A DNA stretch of 64,000 nt from Tubulanus polymorphus (GCF_964204645.1 NC_134035.1:13638686-13702685), one strand, 5' to 3'; numbered from the stretch's first letter, positions 1-13,860 are shown. Notes: a model not told the origin generated them from the letters alone. Numbers and translations: made by a program.

Positions 1-459
1 TAAGATGATGCTGAGGTATCATAGCGCCCGCAGCTATCACTGATAACCAGGTGTCACTGTTCTCAAATACCCGAATGATACCGGTTTTTATTAACGACCA
101 CAAATCTTTCTTCCTCTGTGTTATAATATCAGCAACTCTCCCCAGTTTATCGATTTCATCTCTATTAATCGTATTTAATTTTCTTCTACCCAAATTAGGA
201 AGACGAGATGCTGCATTTTCTGAATTTTCTGTATAGTTTTTTTTTTAAATTGAATCCGGTTTTGTGTCTTCGGGCTGCAATCGATTCCTGCGAGGGTTCG
301 GTTTTTGAACTGGGGGAACTTTCTCTAATTAAGTTTTTATAATCTTTCGACGCCGTAAAATATGTTACAATAGGCTAGAAATGATGCCTTGTTTCCGGGT
401 GACTTTTACAGATATTGAATCACGTGAGTGTCCAGTAGAGACTGGGATTGAACCCTTAC

Positions 460-563
460 CTGGAAGCATACACGAATAGGACGATGTATTTGATGACTGT
501 AAACAAGCCGGATTAGCTTGTATATTATTGGACAGTGTATAACTCGGCACTTGTGGCATCGAG
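460..563 (-). CDS. Pax6: Pax6 PST transactivation-domain exon (SMPQVPSYTLSNNIQANPACLQSSNTSSYSCMLP)
   Basis: Contains the Pax6 C-terminal SSYSCML motif. Acceptor ttttattttctag, donor CCAG|GTAAGG. Phase 2 to 1 fits the previous exon. Remaining exons are outside the window. Confidence 0.9.
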
Positions 564-589
564 CTAGAAAATAAAATATAGAAAAAACA

Positions 590-960
590 TACAAATTATT
601 ATTTTACTGAAACTTAGAAGTCATCGAGAATGAGAAGGTCGTCATTAGTAACTACAATCATAATTCTACTGAATTGTTGAAAAGTTAGCGAGAATAAAAA
701 ACTAATCATAATTTTTACTGAATCTGAGAAGTCTCGAAACAGAATTAGACGGTTGTCTTCAGTAACTGATCATAATTTCACTGAATCGTAGAAGTTATCG
801 AGAATGAGAAAGTCGTCAAAGTCGTATAACTAATCATAATTTTACTGAAGTCTTTGACAATGAGAGGTTCGCCATAAGTAACAAATTATAATTTTAATGA
901 ATTGTTGAAGTCATTGAGAAGTCGTCATTAGTAACTAATCATGATTTTACTAAATCATTC
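590..960. repeat. Degenerate ~50-60-bp tandem repeat in a Pax6 intron
   Basis: Recurring agtaactaatcataattttactgaa...gaagtc...gagaa motif, about 7 copies. Confidence 0.75.
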
Positions 961-1092
961 TGAAGTTATCTTTGCCGTATTGATAAGAAATATATACGCA
1001 TTTGTATTTGCAGTGATTTAGACATAGACTGAGTGTGTAAGACCTACAGTAGCTTATCATAATTTCACTTAATCGTTGAAGTAAAGACCTAC

Positions 1093-1259
1093 CTGTATGT
1101 ATCAGCCATAGTAGCTATAGGTTGATGCAATGATGGATACATTCCGTTAGGGAAGCTGCTGTTTATCGGGATACGACTACCGCCGTTAGCCGCGTCTCGT
1201 CTCTGGTTCCGTAATTTCTCTTCGCGCCTCCATTTTGCTCTTCGATTCGAAAACCAAAC
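1093..1259 (-). CDS. Pax6: Pax6 exon: homeodomain helix 3 plus start of PST domain ([56 protein letters not shown])
   Basis: Translated by hand. Ser50 (WFSNRR) is paired-class. Acceptor atttattgaag, donor ACAG|GTAGGT. 167 nt, phase 0 to 2. Confidence 0.96.
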
Positions 1260-2692
1260 CTTCAATAAATATACATATAGTATTCATAGCAGATATCTCA
1301 TATTTTAGGTACAGCCTATAATCTGGATAGTGGAGTGCTAGGCAGGAGCATAATAATCGTGGTAAAGATATTTTGAGTGCTGGCAGTAATCTTCAAATTA
1401 TAGATCGTATTTATGTTTAAATGAATACCCCGTAAAATAATTTATTTTCATACTGAATATGAATAAATTATCTTAATAATTATAATGATACATAATAATC
1501 ATTGCTATTACAATTATTACTTTGATATCAGATATCAGAATAACTTTTACTTGGGAAACACATTTAGATAGAAACCCAGACTAGAATCGAAATATTTTCT
1601 GAGATTCTATTTTGCGATGCAATTCTTTTTCTCAAATCGGTGAATGGCGACTTTGAGAATATTTTTGATCGATGCCCCCCTCGAACAAAGTCGCGAATAA
1701 TCTCCAGTCAGAATCTCGGTAATAATCGATATCGTCGCCGCCGATACGAGGGGACTTAATAAACTCATTACTCTCGTGACGAGTTTAAAAGGACCCGGGA
1801 ATGTTTTCACTTTATTATCTACGCATTCAAGCGAACACAACTCGGTTCCTTATTCGACAATAACTATATGCAAATGAGCATTAACATGACGTTTATAGCT
1901 CCACATATATCCGCTTATCGCGCGCACTAGATCCTGTCGCTTCGTCACCTAACTCTTATCGACCGGCGCTGCTGCATTAATTCATGATTTGCGCAAAATG
2001 TCGTTTAATTTAACCCCGGATTATTTTATTTATCTCTCGCTTTCTCGATTGCGTCGCAGTTTTTATGTTAATGAGATTACGGGGGTAGTCTGTCTCGCGA
2101 CCGCTCATACATAACACAAACATCGGTTTTTTACGATCAGGTAGTTATATACGCAGCCGTAGCCTGGTTTTCTTTTAAGTGCGGCGGCAAGAATTTGGAC
2201 ACAGTACATTTCGAGCGTTTAAGCTATCCAAGACGGCAAGAACCTCGATCAATTTTTTCTAAAATCGGCCCAGCTATCCGTAGAATAAGCTCCTTACTTA
2301 AAAATAATGCACATATTAAAAAGTCTAAGAGGTCCTAAACCCTGAGCTACGGGCTTGATAATTGTGTACATTTGTATACAATGTAGACAACAATATAATG
2401 TATAATACATTGTGTGATACTATTAGTCGTGATTGAGTGTGATCACTATTTGTGATCGAGTATGATCACTATTTGTGATCACTATTTCTTGTGAGTTTTC
2501 AAAACGGAGAATAGAAATTCCGTTTATAAATATATTCGGTAATTTCCGTATCTTTCCGCCTGGTTGAAGATCGGGGTCTAACGCGTAATGCGGAAGTGAA
2601 GTCGTTCACACAGATAGTCATCGTCGTTATCTGGGAAGGCATTGAACTGAACCGCGGCGATTCTTCTCGCCTCTTAAACAGAGATAACCCTA

Positions 2693-3084
<392 letters not shown>

Positions 3085-3093
3085 GATATTTAC

Positions 3094-3243
3094 CTTTTTC
3101 CAGTGATTCTATTTGCTCGTTCGTAAACGAAGTTCGATTTCGTTGTAATTTTCGTTTCAAGCGCATGCGCATTTGTTCTTCCGATTCGCCATTTTGTGAC
3201 TCGGAACTATGTGAATTACTTCCGCTGGTGGCGCCATCTGAAC
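3094..3243 (-). CDS. Pax6: Pax6 exon: linker plus homeodomain start (GSDGATSGS...[26 protein letters not shown])
   Basis: [12 protein letters not shown] is the Pax6 homeodomain N-terminus. Acceptor tatcgtacag, donor AAG|GTAAAT. 150 nt, phase 1-1. Confidence 0.96.
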
Positions 3244-3319
3244 CTGTACGATACAAATAGATAAATCAATAAAACATTATACACACGTGTTTCAAACATA
3301 TATAACTATGTTAAAGATC

Positions 3320-3550
3320 AGTCTCAGTGAGATGATATTCTGCGAGAATGAGATTCTCATATGATTTGATATTCTGTAAGATTCTGTGAGCTGGGATTCT
3401 CGCAACATGTGATTCTCTGAGATAATAATCTCAGTGATACTTTGATATGATATTCTCAGTGATACTGTGAGATGATAATCTCAGTGATACTTTGAGATGA
3501 TATTCTCAGTGACACTGAGATCCGATATTCGCTGGGATGAGATTCTCATT
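3320..3550. repeat. Degenerate short-period repeat (gatattctcagtgatactgtgaga-like)
   Basis: Recurring attctc/tgagat units about every 26 bp. Confidence 0.7.
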
Positions 3551-5586
3551 GCTGGTGATTACTGATAAATTGATACATATGCCGCAAATATAGATTAGTC
3601 GATATAGTATATCACACTGTATGAACAATGTAATTTATTGATTTAACAACAAGTTCTGCCCCATCTCTCTCTCTCTCACAATTTCCCAGCCATACGACAA
3701 AATGTTTATCAGTGTTTTGGAGGAACCGCGTCTCTCTCCTGTTGTCGAAACAGACAACAAACAAACAGCATTTTGAAGGATTTAAGTAATTTGAAATTGT
3801 GACGTATATAACGACCATTTATCGATATATCTTTTTTAAGAACATTAGAATTTAGGCAGACTTTGCGTCAAAAACCGGCAACATTTCGAAATATGACAAT
3901 AATGATGATATCTGTAGCGCATTTTGTCGCGGTGGTCGGCTCCGACACTCCAACACGATTCGGATAAAGGATGTCGCGACTGTATGATTCTGTATCGCGT
4001 GATAACATACAAATTCACATCTATTCAAATTCTATCTTTTTACAAGAGAAAACCTGATCAAAACCTGATTAATTTTCCACACGATATATTTTTAAACTAT
4101 ATTTCTACTCGACACGATGTAGATGGCGTTGATTGGTGTTAATTGCGCTAATTACTGGTTACGCGGTGCGCGCGGTGGTCACGTGACCGCGGTGTAACGG
4201 TAATTAAGTCAGTTGTACGCGGACAGATAACGCCTGACAGTCACTCAGGGGGTCGGGCTGCACGGGTTTATCAGTATAAGGCAGGCTGCGGTTATGACGC
4301 GCCAGGCTATTCAGAATTGCAGCACTGTTGGCGCCCGTGACGGTTTGGTCACGTGTCGAGTCTGGTCCCGTGACAGGTAATCTCTCCTCCTCAGTATTAC
4401 AGCGTATAGTAGCGGAGTGACAATGTATCGATCTGATTTTATATTTAATGATATAATTTATTATCGTTATCACAGCTGAAGAGAATCCGATTTGAGATTC
4501 TTTCCCCGTTTTAAATCTGTCGCTGTTTCAGGATTCCGTTTACAAGTTACACACCGGTTATTGTAAGTGACGTCATAGCGCTCAGCGGAATTGGTTTTTG
4601 TCTTCAAGTAGGGATTGAGGGTGTTATCTATTTGATTGGTAGATTTGATAAGTTTTGATGTGTTCCCCCCTTACAAAACCACTACACCTGCCGGGAGCGA
4701 AACAAGGTCTCGGATTGAAGGTGTTGTATCGTTAGTTAGCCTGTCAGGGGACATGGACCCAGTTCCACAGTTGTGAGTTAGAGTTAACTCTGAGTGAGTT
4801 AAAGTTAGTTCATTTTCAATGAGTTAACTCTGAGTAAAATCTTAACTCACAACTGTGGAACTGGAACATGGTGTACATAACGAAAGGTTAATCAGCGGAT
4901 TAACAAAATCTAAGAGTCTCTCACATGACTTCACTTATCCAATATGGCGGCGGTCACGTGGTAAAAGGACATGGCTGATTTAATTCTATAACTATATACA
5001 GTAAAAGTGGCTGCAGCTGAAGTTGTCGTTGTTGTGACCAGCTCATTATACAGACACGAACGCTCGACTGCGCCTGCGCGATGAACCGTAAAATAGAACC
5101 TAAACTTCTTATATACAGTGACACGTGACCCGATTGACATTCTAATACTGCATCGTCACTTGCTTAGTGATAAATCCAAGATTAATCTTACACCACGACT
5201 AACTGCGCCTACTCCCGCGATTATATATATATATATACACGTAAAACATAAAGAGGTTTTACAACATTTAAATATAGCGGAATAATTGATGATAACTCAC
5301 GTTGTTTTCGACAATGGGGCGGAGGAGGAGGGGGACACAATGGACCTCTGTCTAATGAACCAATTTCGCCTTTAAGATAAAACACGTCAAAATATATACA
5401 ATATATATTGATTTGAATATCCCGGGATCAGCCTTCAATATCTTAACTAAGTGCCTTCTCTTTTGTGTTTGTGACAGTTAGGATAACAGTAGATTTGCAT
5501 AATGATGGCGATAACAAGGGTCCCAGTGAACCTGTGACGTGAAGCCGAACATTTCTGAAGTATTTCTTTGTATTTATCCGTATTCG

Positions 5587-5795
5587 CGATGACATGAGGA
5601 TGGCTCCGATATCGGTTTTAATTAATAATGACATGAGGACGGCTCCGATATAGGTTTTGATGAATAATGACACGAGGATTGCTCCGATATCGATTTAACT
5701 TATGATGAAAGGAGGATGGCTCCGAGATCTGTAATAATATGAGGGTGACTCCCGAGTGTTTTAATTAATAATGACACGAGGGATGGCTCCGATAG
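5587..5795. repeat. ~39-bp degenerate tandem repeat (atgacatgaggatggctccgata...)
   Basis: gctccga recurs about 5 times. Confidence 0.8.
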
Positions 5796-6288
5796 TAAAG
5801 CGATATAAAATCTCTAAGAGATTCTGTTCGTAGTCCATAAACAACATCACGTGTGAGTGTCTAATTTGCATATTACATTAGTATGCAAATATTTGTATAT
5901 ATAGAATTAAGTATTTTATGCAAATAGCAATTAATTAACATGAAGCCAATAAATTCGTGTTAATTAGATTTGATGATGTGTCGACAGATAATTAGATTCT
6001 GGGACATTTGTCGTTAATTGGATGTTGCAGTAGTGTGAGATAGACCGATAGCTTGAGACAACAACGATATCTCACGACGATATATCATCATTTTGACTAT
6101 CCCGCGATAACAATTCGATATTTCGAGAAAAACAATATCTAACTCTCATACACAGGGCGGATGGTAGGAAATTATCGCCAAAATCTGTTGGATGATGGCA
6201 AGTCTTAGAGGCCGCCATTTTGTTCAAGATTCCTATACATTCCGTTGACCAGAATAGCTCCCCCTAGTGACAAGTGTATAGTACTTAC

Positions 6289-6369
6289 TGAGATGTCGTC
6301 TGCCCGGTGATTCGGCTTCTTTTCGACACGCTCCAAGGTCGTACATATAACAGGGATTCGCTTGCAGAC
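6289..6369 (-). CDS. Pax6: Candidate alternative 81-nt linker cassette exon of Pax6, (G)LQANPCYMYDLGACRKEAESPGRRHL(S)
   Basis: Acceptor ttgttatgtttcag, donor CTCA|GTAAGT. 81 nt, phase 1-1, open in the Pax6 frame. I recognise no homology for the peptide. Confidence 0.45.
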
Positions 6370-7308
6370 CTGAAACATAACAATTAATATTATAATCAAA
6401 CATCGGAAATATTCATAAGTTCAAACCTCTAAAAAATATTCATACTTCAGTTTGAATGTCGCATTTCATCTGAACTATTATAGAAATTGTAGAAGTTCCT
6501 TCCTCGTACGAAAACTAGGATTCAACGAGTAGCCAATAGTTCCGATACCTTCAAGACCCACACGAAGTCCAAAAGCGGCTCTAAATCTACTTAATGAAGT
6601 TGTTAGATTGACTACAGAACGAAGTTGATCTAAGACTGGTCTTAAGTCTAAGCCGTGATTATGCAACTGAGCCTAGCTATCAAAGCTAGAAGTTTGTCAA
6701 TATGTGTGTGGGGTTGGGATGCTATATTGTTGGGGGTAGGTTGTTGAGGGGTATATCTCTAGCCGGAAATAGAAGGAAGTTTTGCGATTGATTTTCCCGG
6801 AAACTTTAATTCTACTTCCGGTTTACATATATAAACACATTCACACGCACAGACAGCGATTGCGCGTGCGCGTCAGACCGTTACCGAAACATCCGGCGAG
6901 TCGAGGAGAGAGCGATCAATTTGTCACGGGTTCGACACCTGATCCTATCTGAACGGTGGTTAATTTCACGCCGTCTGCTCGCCGACACACGTATCAACAC
7001 TCCAGTCGACAATAACGTGCCACAGTACGCTTCACTGCGCGCGCAACCGACCGTTCAATGTCCCCGGATGTTTATGTCGTATCAATTTATTACTTTATAT
7101 CGTCGCAGGTATAGAAAAAAACCGCGTGGTACATTTTAGACGTGACGGTTATATTTCTGACCATTCTGAGTTATATCTGAAGAATGGGGTAGTTATACCG
7201 GTACCGCTACTGTGACAATCGAGGATGGCCACTTATATCTTAAGAATTATGTTTGAAATGTTGCACATGTTATAAGTATATTTAGTTCATATAACTGAGT
7301 GCATTGTT

Positions 7309-7813
7309 GCTCCATCTGGTGTGTGTGCCGGTACGCTATTAGGTCTGCTCCATCTGGTGTGTGCCGGTACCCTATTAGGTCTACTCCATCTGGTGTGTGC
7401 CGGTACGCTATTAGGTCTGCTCCATCTGGTGTGTGCCGGTACGCTATTAGGTCTGCTCCATCTGGTGTGTGCCGATACCCTATTAGGTCTGCTCCATCTG
7501 GTGTGTGCCGGTACCCTATTAGGTCTGCTCCATTTGGTGTGTGCCGGTACCCTATTAGGTCTGCTCCATCTGGTGTGTGCCGGTACCCTATTAGGTCTGC
7601 TCCATCTGGTGTGTGCCGGTACCCTATTAGGTCTGCTCCATTTGGTGTGTGCCGGTACCCTATTAGGTCTGCTCCATCTGGTGTGTGCCGGTACCCTATT
7701 AGGTCTGCTCCATTTGGTGTGTGCCGGTACCCTATTAGGTCTGCTCCATCTGGTGTGTGCCGGTACCCTATTAGGTCTGCTCCATCTGGTGTGTGCCGGT
7801 ACCCCTATTAGGC
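7309..7813. repeat. 36-bp minisatellite, ~14 near-identical copies
   Basis: Unit ctgctccatctggtgtgtgccggtaccctattaggt. It accounts for the three overlapping 12-aa-repeat ORFs. Confidence 0.97.
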
Positions 7814-8022
7814 CATACGTATATATCATAAGTAAATAAATCTTGATTGGTGGTGGTGGATTTTCTTTTGTTTTGCTTTTCGTTTTTTTTCATTTCTAGG
7901 GCTGATCCCCCTGATTTGGTACTGCCTTTAGGCTTGGGGATGACCTTTCAATCACGTAGGACCAGTGGACATTAAAGCATCATTTATAGAAATCTTGTAC
8001 TACATATTTATACATAAATATA

Positions 8023-8024
<2 letters not shown>

Positions 8025-8113
<89 letters not shown>
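8025..8113. repeat. (ATT)n microsatellite
   Basis: About 29 perfect ATT units. Confidence 0.98.
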
Positions 8114-8814
8114 GTTATAAATCATCATTCGGTTCAAGGATTCTCGACTTAAAACTTAAAATGAATATATTCGTCATGTATGTCATAATATACGCCATAA
8201 AATGATAATCATTTGTGTCCGTAGTTATCAGAGATTCCTTCTATCAGATATAACGACGTCTCTCTCTTTTTATCGCGCTGGAATCACCATTACTGAAACT
8301 GAGCGGCTGTCGCACAGACTAGTGGATGTATCGTTATGGTACTAATGAGGTTATCGAAGATGAGGAGAGAGGAGAATATCGAGCATTGCGTTTAACGAGC
8401 ACCCTGTCATCGCACGCAGCATCGCCACATCAAGTATCGGTACTGTCAACATCTTCTGCCGTTTTATCATCCACTCGTCGCGCAGTGCGGTTTCTCTAGT
8501 TAAACAACACCGCGACATCCTCCCCTTCCCCCTCATCCTCCCCGTCCCCCTCATCCTCCCACTAATCTCGTCTGCTCTCAGTAACTGTACACCGCTGTGT
8601 CGGTATGTGTTTAAACAGTTGGACGATTCTTGATCAAAAGTTTCGTAGTTTCCGTTGAGGGAATAATTGACGATATGGGCCGTCCTGAATTGTGTCTTCT
8701 CCTAAGGAATTGCGAGTTATACTTAACTATCTTCTTTGGTCTTTCCTTTAAAAGAGGGAACTTCTTACAAAAAAATCTAACCAGCGCTCAAAGCACATTG
8801 TATGTTTAGGCTGT

Positions 8815-9345
8815 GGACCCAGTTCCATTGGTTTGATTTGACCCTGAATCCAGTTCCACAGTTGTGTGGGTTTAATTAGACTCTGAATCCAGTTCCACAG
8901 TTGTGTGGGTTTAATTTGACTCTGGATCCAGTTCCACAGTTGTGTGGATTTAATTTGACTCTTTGGATCCAGTTCCACAGTTGTGTGGATTTAATTTGAC
9001 TCTTTGGATCCAGTTCCACAGTTGTGTGGGTTTAATTAGACTCTGAATCCAGTTCCACAGTTGTGTGTGGGTTTAATTAGACTCTGAATCCAGTTCCACA
9101 GTTGTGTGGGTTTAATTTGACTATAGATCCAGTTCCACAGTTGTGTGGATTTAATTTGACTCTTTGGATCCAGTTCCACAGTTGTGTGGGTTTAATTAGA
9201 CTCTGAATCCAGTTCCACAGTTGTGTGGGTTTTATTTGACTCTGAATCCAGTTCCACAGTTGTGTGGGTTTAATTAGACTCTGAATCCAGTTCCACAGTT
9301 GTGTGGGTTTAATTTGACTAAGGATCCAGTTCCACAGTTGTTTGT
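8815..9345. repeat. 39-41-bp minisatellite (~13 copies) with core atccagttccacagtt
   Basis: Unit ctctgaatccagttccacagttgtgtgggtttaattaga, period 39 (8881 to 8920). Confidence 0.95.
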
Positions 9346-11913
9346 AAGTTGAATGTTATTCAAATAGTTTACAATTATTGATTAAATGACGTAGAGTTCA
9401 CTACTAAGTACAAGTTTAAATAAAGTTTGTTGTATCTGACTCATCACTGTGTGCTGCTGCTTCAGTTTCATCATCTCGTCTGCTGAGGGGGTAAAATATC
9501 ACGCATCAATAACGATCAAAGTGCAGCGAATTTTCCGAAGAAGTTACCGACAACAAAATCATTGAACGATCCTCGATTTCACACTCGGCAACCGATCGAG
9601 TGGGTATTACCAGCACGGGCCGCTATAGCCTGCGGTTTAACTAACCTCTCTCAAGTGATCGCCAAGTTCTGTCACTTTTCCTACTGATTATAAGTTCGGT
9701 TACCGACAGATAACGGTTATTTCTTAAGAGCTATTTCCGCTTAATGTCTGTTCCTAATTTCTGTAACTTATCACTTCAGGGTCAGTAAGTTGCAGCCACC
9801 TAAAACAACTCACTATCGTTCAACCACGTTAATTCGAATATCTAATTTAAAATTCAGACTTTTTCGGTCCGAACGTTTTTTTCACTCATCTAAAATCTGA
9901 ATAATGTTGACAATAGCACTTTACAACCTTTTGGGGCCTTTTGGATCGAGGGGCTGTCTACAAAATATCAATTAAAAACACAACCATTCACCAAAATGAA
10001 CAAAGTTGTTTTACATTTTCCCTCTGACCTTGACACAGAGATCTGGATGTGTAACTTCCGGGTGACCTAATTCCGGCCACCCTCGTCTCTGCGGTGCCCG
10101 ATCAATTTTTTGACTGATGTGATTTTCCTAGCAACCACCGAACGACCGAAATAACGACGTGAATTGTTGTCAAGAAACCGAGTCGGTGAAAGGAAGTGGT
10201 CGGTCGAGCCGGGACAGTGGGACCAGTCACAACGGAGCCGAAATACCCTGATCTATTTACAAATGTACAACGATTTAATTATTCTTACAGATCTTTAGTA
10301 AAACTCGTACAATCGACTCCTTTCACGACGGACTGCGATGGGCGGTTTTAGTAAACTAGCCCGACTCTTCAAACTGGCGCGTTCTCAAGTGGCCATCTTT
10401 GTGTATAATGTTGACATTATGCCGGGATTAGTCGCTGATATAGCAGACCTGACGCCATCGACGCCATCGACGCGAAACCGGAATTAAATACAACCTTCTG
10501 ACTCTATTTTTCGGTCGTCAAAAGAAAAAGCTCGAGATATTTCACCAGATTGTTGTCAGACGATATGAAAAGAAACTTTGTGAGTAGCATCTCTCGGATG
10601 GTGATGTGTGTGACCCTGTGTGATTCAAGAGCTAGATGTGGCCTACATTCTCCAACCTACACGCAATCGTCAAAAGCTCGTCGTTGATAAGGCGGCTTAA
10701 AGAGACACCTTTCTGACTCTCTGCAGCAGATACCATCGACACGGGGGCCTAAATTTTGCTTCTTACAAAATACATTTGGTTTTTAAATCTTTTTTCAATA
10801 GTATAAGTTGGTTTTTATATTATCATCTATTCACGAGCTGATATGTTAGATGTTAAGTGGGTTACGTTAATGAAACCTCGGTACGTTGACAGTGGTTGCC
10901 GGCTGCGGCAAGTGAGTGACCTGAGGCTGGCTGGCTACTGTCAGTATGTGCGGTACGGACTAATCAGATTTACGTTAATTACATGCTAGAACACACGTTG
11001 ATTGGTTCCTTAATGATCCGTATATTGCCTGTATGATGACGTCACTCGACTCGCCGATAAGTGGATCCATGTCATTACTCTGTCGTCTGTTTATTTAACC
11101 CGCAGTAATAATTACTTTTCCTCTGTTAATTAATAGAAAAACTATTTGTTTTTTGGAGATTCATCTCTCGTGGGACTCGGATGGAGTGGTCGAAAACACT
11201 GAGGCAGGTTTCAATATGGAAAAAATGATTCCGGATTCTCATCCGGCGAGCTCGTTTCGACCAAAATACGCTCTTCCTATTCCGGAATAGCGGAATCTGT
11301 GACGCTCGAAAAGGCACAATATAAGTTCGGAAACTTTCGGTAGTTGCCGGGGTTTCCCGAACGGCTCGGACTGTTGTAAAGCTTTCACCTGGACCGGTGA
11401 CGATGGTTTCCGGAACGAGTCGGAAAGTTATGAATCTCACCTGGACCGGCGTGACTATATCGGTGCTCGGCAATCTCTTGTCCACCATTTTGACAGCGGT
11501 GTACACGTGAACTGATGGTGACTAAATTACCCGTGGACAGACAATACCGGCTTGTGGGCAAATGACAGACTTAGAGAAGTCGCCGGCGGCTGATCTCGTC
11601 ATGTGGGCAGGGTTCGAATTATTGTCGCCGATTACTAATGTGAGAATACAACAGATTAAGCCTTAATTGGATGAAAAACAAAGAATCAGTTTGCACTTTG
11701 AAGACGACAAGTAGCATCCGTCTGTAGTTTCAAACATGCGAATTCGTGACGGTTATTCAACGGTCGGTATTGTTACTGTTAGCACTTGTCGTTTTTGAAT
11801 TCGTGTCAGTCGATGGAAAACCGTTTGGTTTCAAGCTGCGCAATCGTTTGCGACATCCCCGAGAACAAGTGACGAACAAGTACTTGACGCCGTGAAGATC
11901 AGTTGGCGCTACC

Positions 11914-11952
<39 letters not shown>

Positions 11953-12377
11953 GATGAAGAGAGACAGACATTTTGGTTCGATTGTAAATTAACGCCAGAG
12001 ATAAGTCGAGTGTTGAGTGTCGATTTTATTGTTACATGGATATAAAAAAAGAATGGCGGGTTTTAAATTAATTTGATGTGTAATAATATCAAAATGAACA
12101 GCGCGTTCTCAGCGTGGTTCCATCCATTCACGCGCACGCGCTACATCGCTCATTAAAAATATCCATATTGGATCATGAGATATCACGAATGAGATATCAT
12201 ATTCGTTGTATCAGTATCGATTCTGAGATATTGTTCATTAATTGTTCGCGGTTTTTGAGAGAATGTTCTTTCTTGGTAACGACGCAATAACCACCGCCAT
12301 AACTATATTGGGATCCTGCGGTTATCAAACAATGATTATTTGTATTTAAACTAATTCAATACGTCACAATACTGCCG

Positions 12378-12670
12378 CTGTGGAACCGGGTCAGAAATTG
12401 TGGAAATGGATCCAGAACTGGTGGAACTGGATCCTGAACTATGGAACTGGTTCCTGTTGAAAGGTTCAGAACTTTGTAACATGTTTCAGAACTGTTGAAC
12501 TGGATCCAGAACTGTGGAACTGAATCCTGAAGTGTGGAACTAGGTTCAGAACAGTGGAACTAGGTTCAGAACTGTGGAACACTGTATCCAGAACTGTGGA
12601 ACTGAATCCTGAACAGTGGAACTAGGTTCAGAACAGTGGAACTAGGTTTTCAGGAAGGTGGAACTCAGAA
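12378..12670. repeat. ~20-bp minisatellite agaactgtggaactggatcc (same core family, opposite orientation)
   Basis: Repeated gtggaact units about every 20 bp. Confidence 0.9.
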
Positions 12671-13261
12671 TTCAGTCGGACTAACAGTGATGACAGTGTT
12701 GTAGCTGTTGTATCTATAATGAGGACAGATGTTGGTGTGTGTGTCGATACACATCCCTTCTAGTCTGTCAAACGTAATAATTAAATAATTAGCAAAAGGG
12801 ACGGAAAAATCTATGATAACTAAATTTGTGACTGTATTTTAGTAATTAACCGGCTACCTGCACTCGTGCTTGCTACTTTGATCTTTTACACAACGATGAG
12901 TCGCAATTCGATTTAGCGAGAATTGCGATGAAATTAACGCAGCTCAGTGCAACGCGACAACGTTCACAAATAAATATTGACCATCTTCCCGCCACTGTCA
13001 ATTGGTTGTCATTGTATGCACGCTGTAGAAGCCCTGAAGCTGATTGGATAAACTCACAAAAACATCGCATTAATCTATAGCTAGACGTAGATTTTAGTAA
13101 GAATCCATGTTGACTGAAAATCGGCTGCCAGTTATAAACAGACATGAATTTTAGATTTAAGACCAGTCTAATTTCAATCTGATTCTTTAACCAGTCTAAT
13201 CAACTATTATGTTGTATCATCACAAATTTAACTGGTCTTTAAGATCAGCGTAAGGTCTTTT

Positions 13262-13860
13262 TTGTTCTATAGCCAATCTAACAACTTAAGACCAGTCTAA
13301 GCTCATTTTAGTTCTATAACCAATCTAACAACTTAAGACCAGTCTAAGCTCATTTTAGTTCTAAAACCAATCTAACAACTTAAGACCAGTCTTAGCTCAT
13401 TTGGGTTCTATAACCAATCTAACAACTTAAGACCAGTCTTAGTTCATTTTAGTTCTATAACCAATCTAACAACTTAAGACCAGTCTAAGCTCATTTTAGT
13501 TCTATAACCAATCTAACAACTTAAGACCAGTCTAAGCTCATTTGGGTTCTAAAACCAATCTAACAACTTAAGACCAGTCTAAGCTCATTTTAGTTCTATA
13601 ACCAATCTAACAACTTAAGACCAGTCTAAGCTCATTTTAGTTCTATAACCAATCTAACAACTTAAGACCAGTCTAAGCTCATTTGGGTTCTAAAACCAAT
13701 CTAACAACTTAAGACCAGTCTTAGCTCATTTGGGTTCTATAACCAATCTAACAACTTAAGACCAGTCTAAGCTCATTTTGGTTCTATAACCAATCTAACA
13801 ACTTAACATCTGTCTAAGCTCATTTTGGTTCTAAAAACTAATCTAACAACTTAAGTTAAT
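13262..13860. repeat. 47-bp satellite array (~12-13 copies)
   Basis: Unit taacaacttaagaccagtctaagctcattttagttctataaccaatc, period 47 (13561 to 13608). Confidence 0.97.

Noticed and set aside
1-70. Next Pax6 C-terminal exon
   Set aside because: No convincing polypyrimidine acceptor and no recognisable Pax6 C-terminal motif such as GLISPGVSVP in a phase-1 frame.
7287-7839. Three overlapping 170-180 aa ORFs
   Set aside because: By-product of a 36-bp tandem repeat that is stop-free in those frames; intronic, with no splice or homology support.
11126-11506. 126-aa ORF with a CAG|GTGAGA donor near 11440
   Set aside because: Weak acceptors, wrong phase for Pax6 and no recognisable protein similarity.
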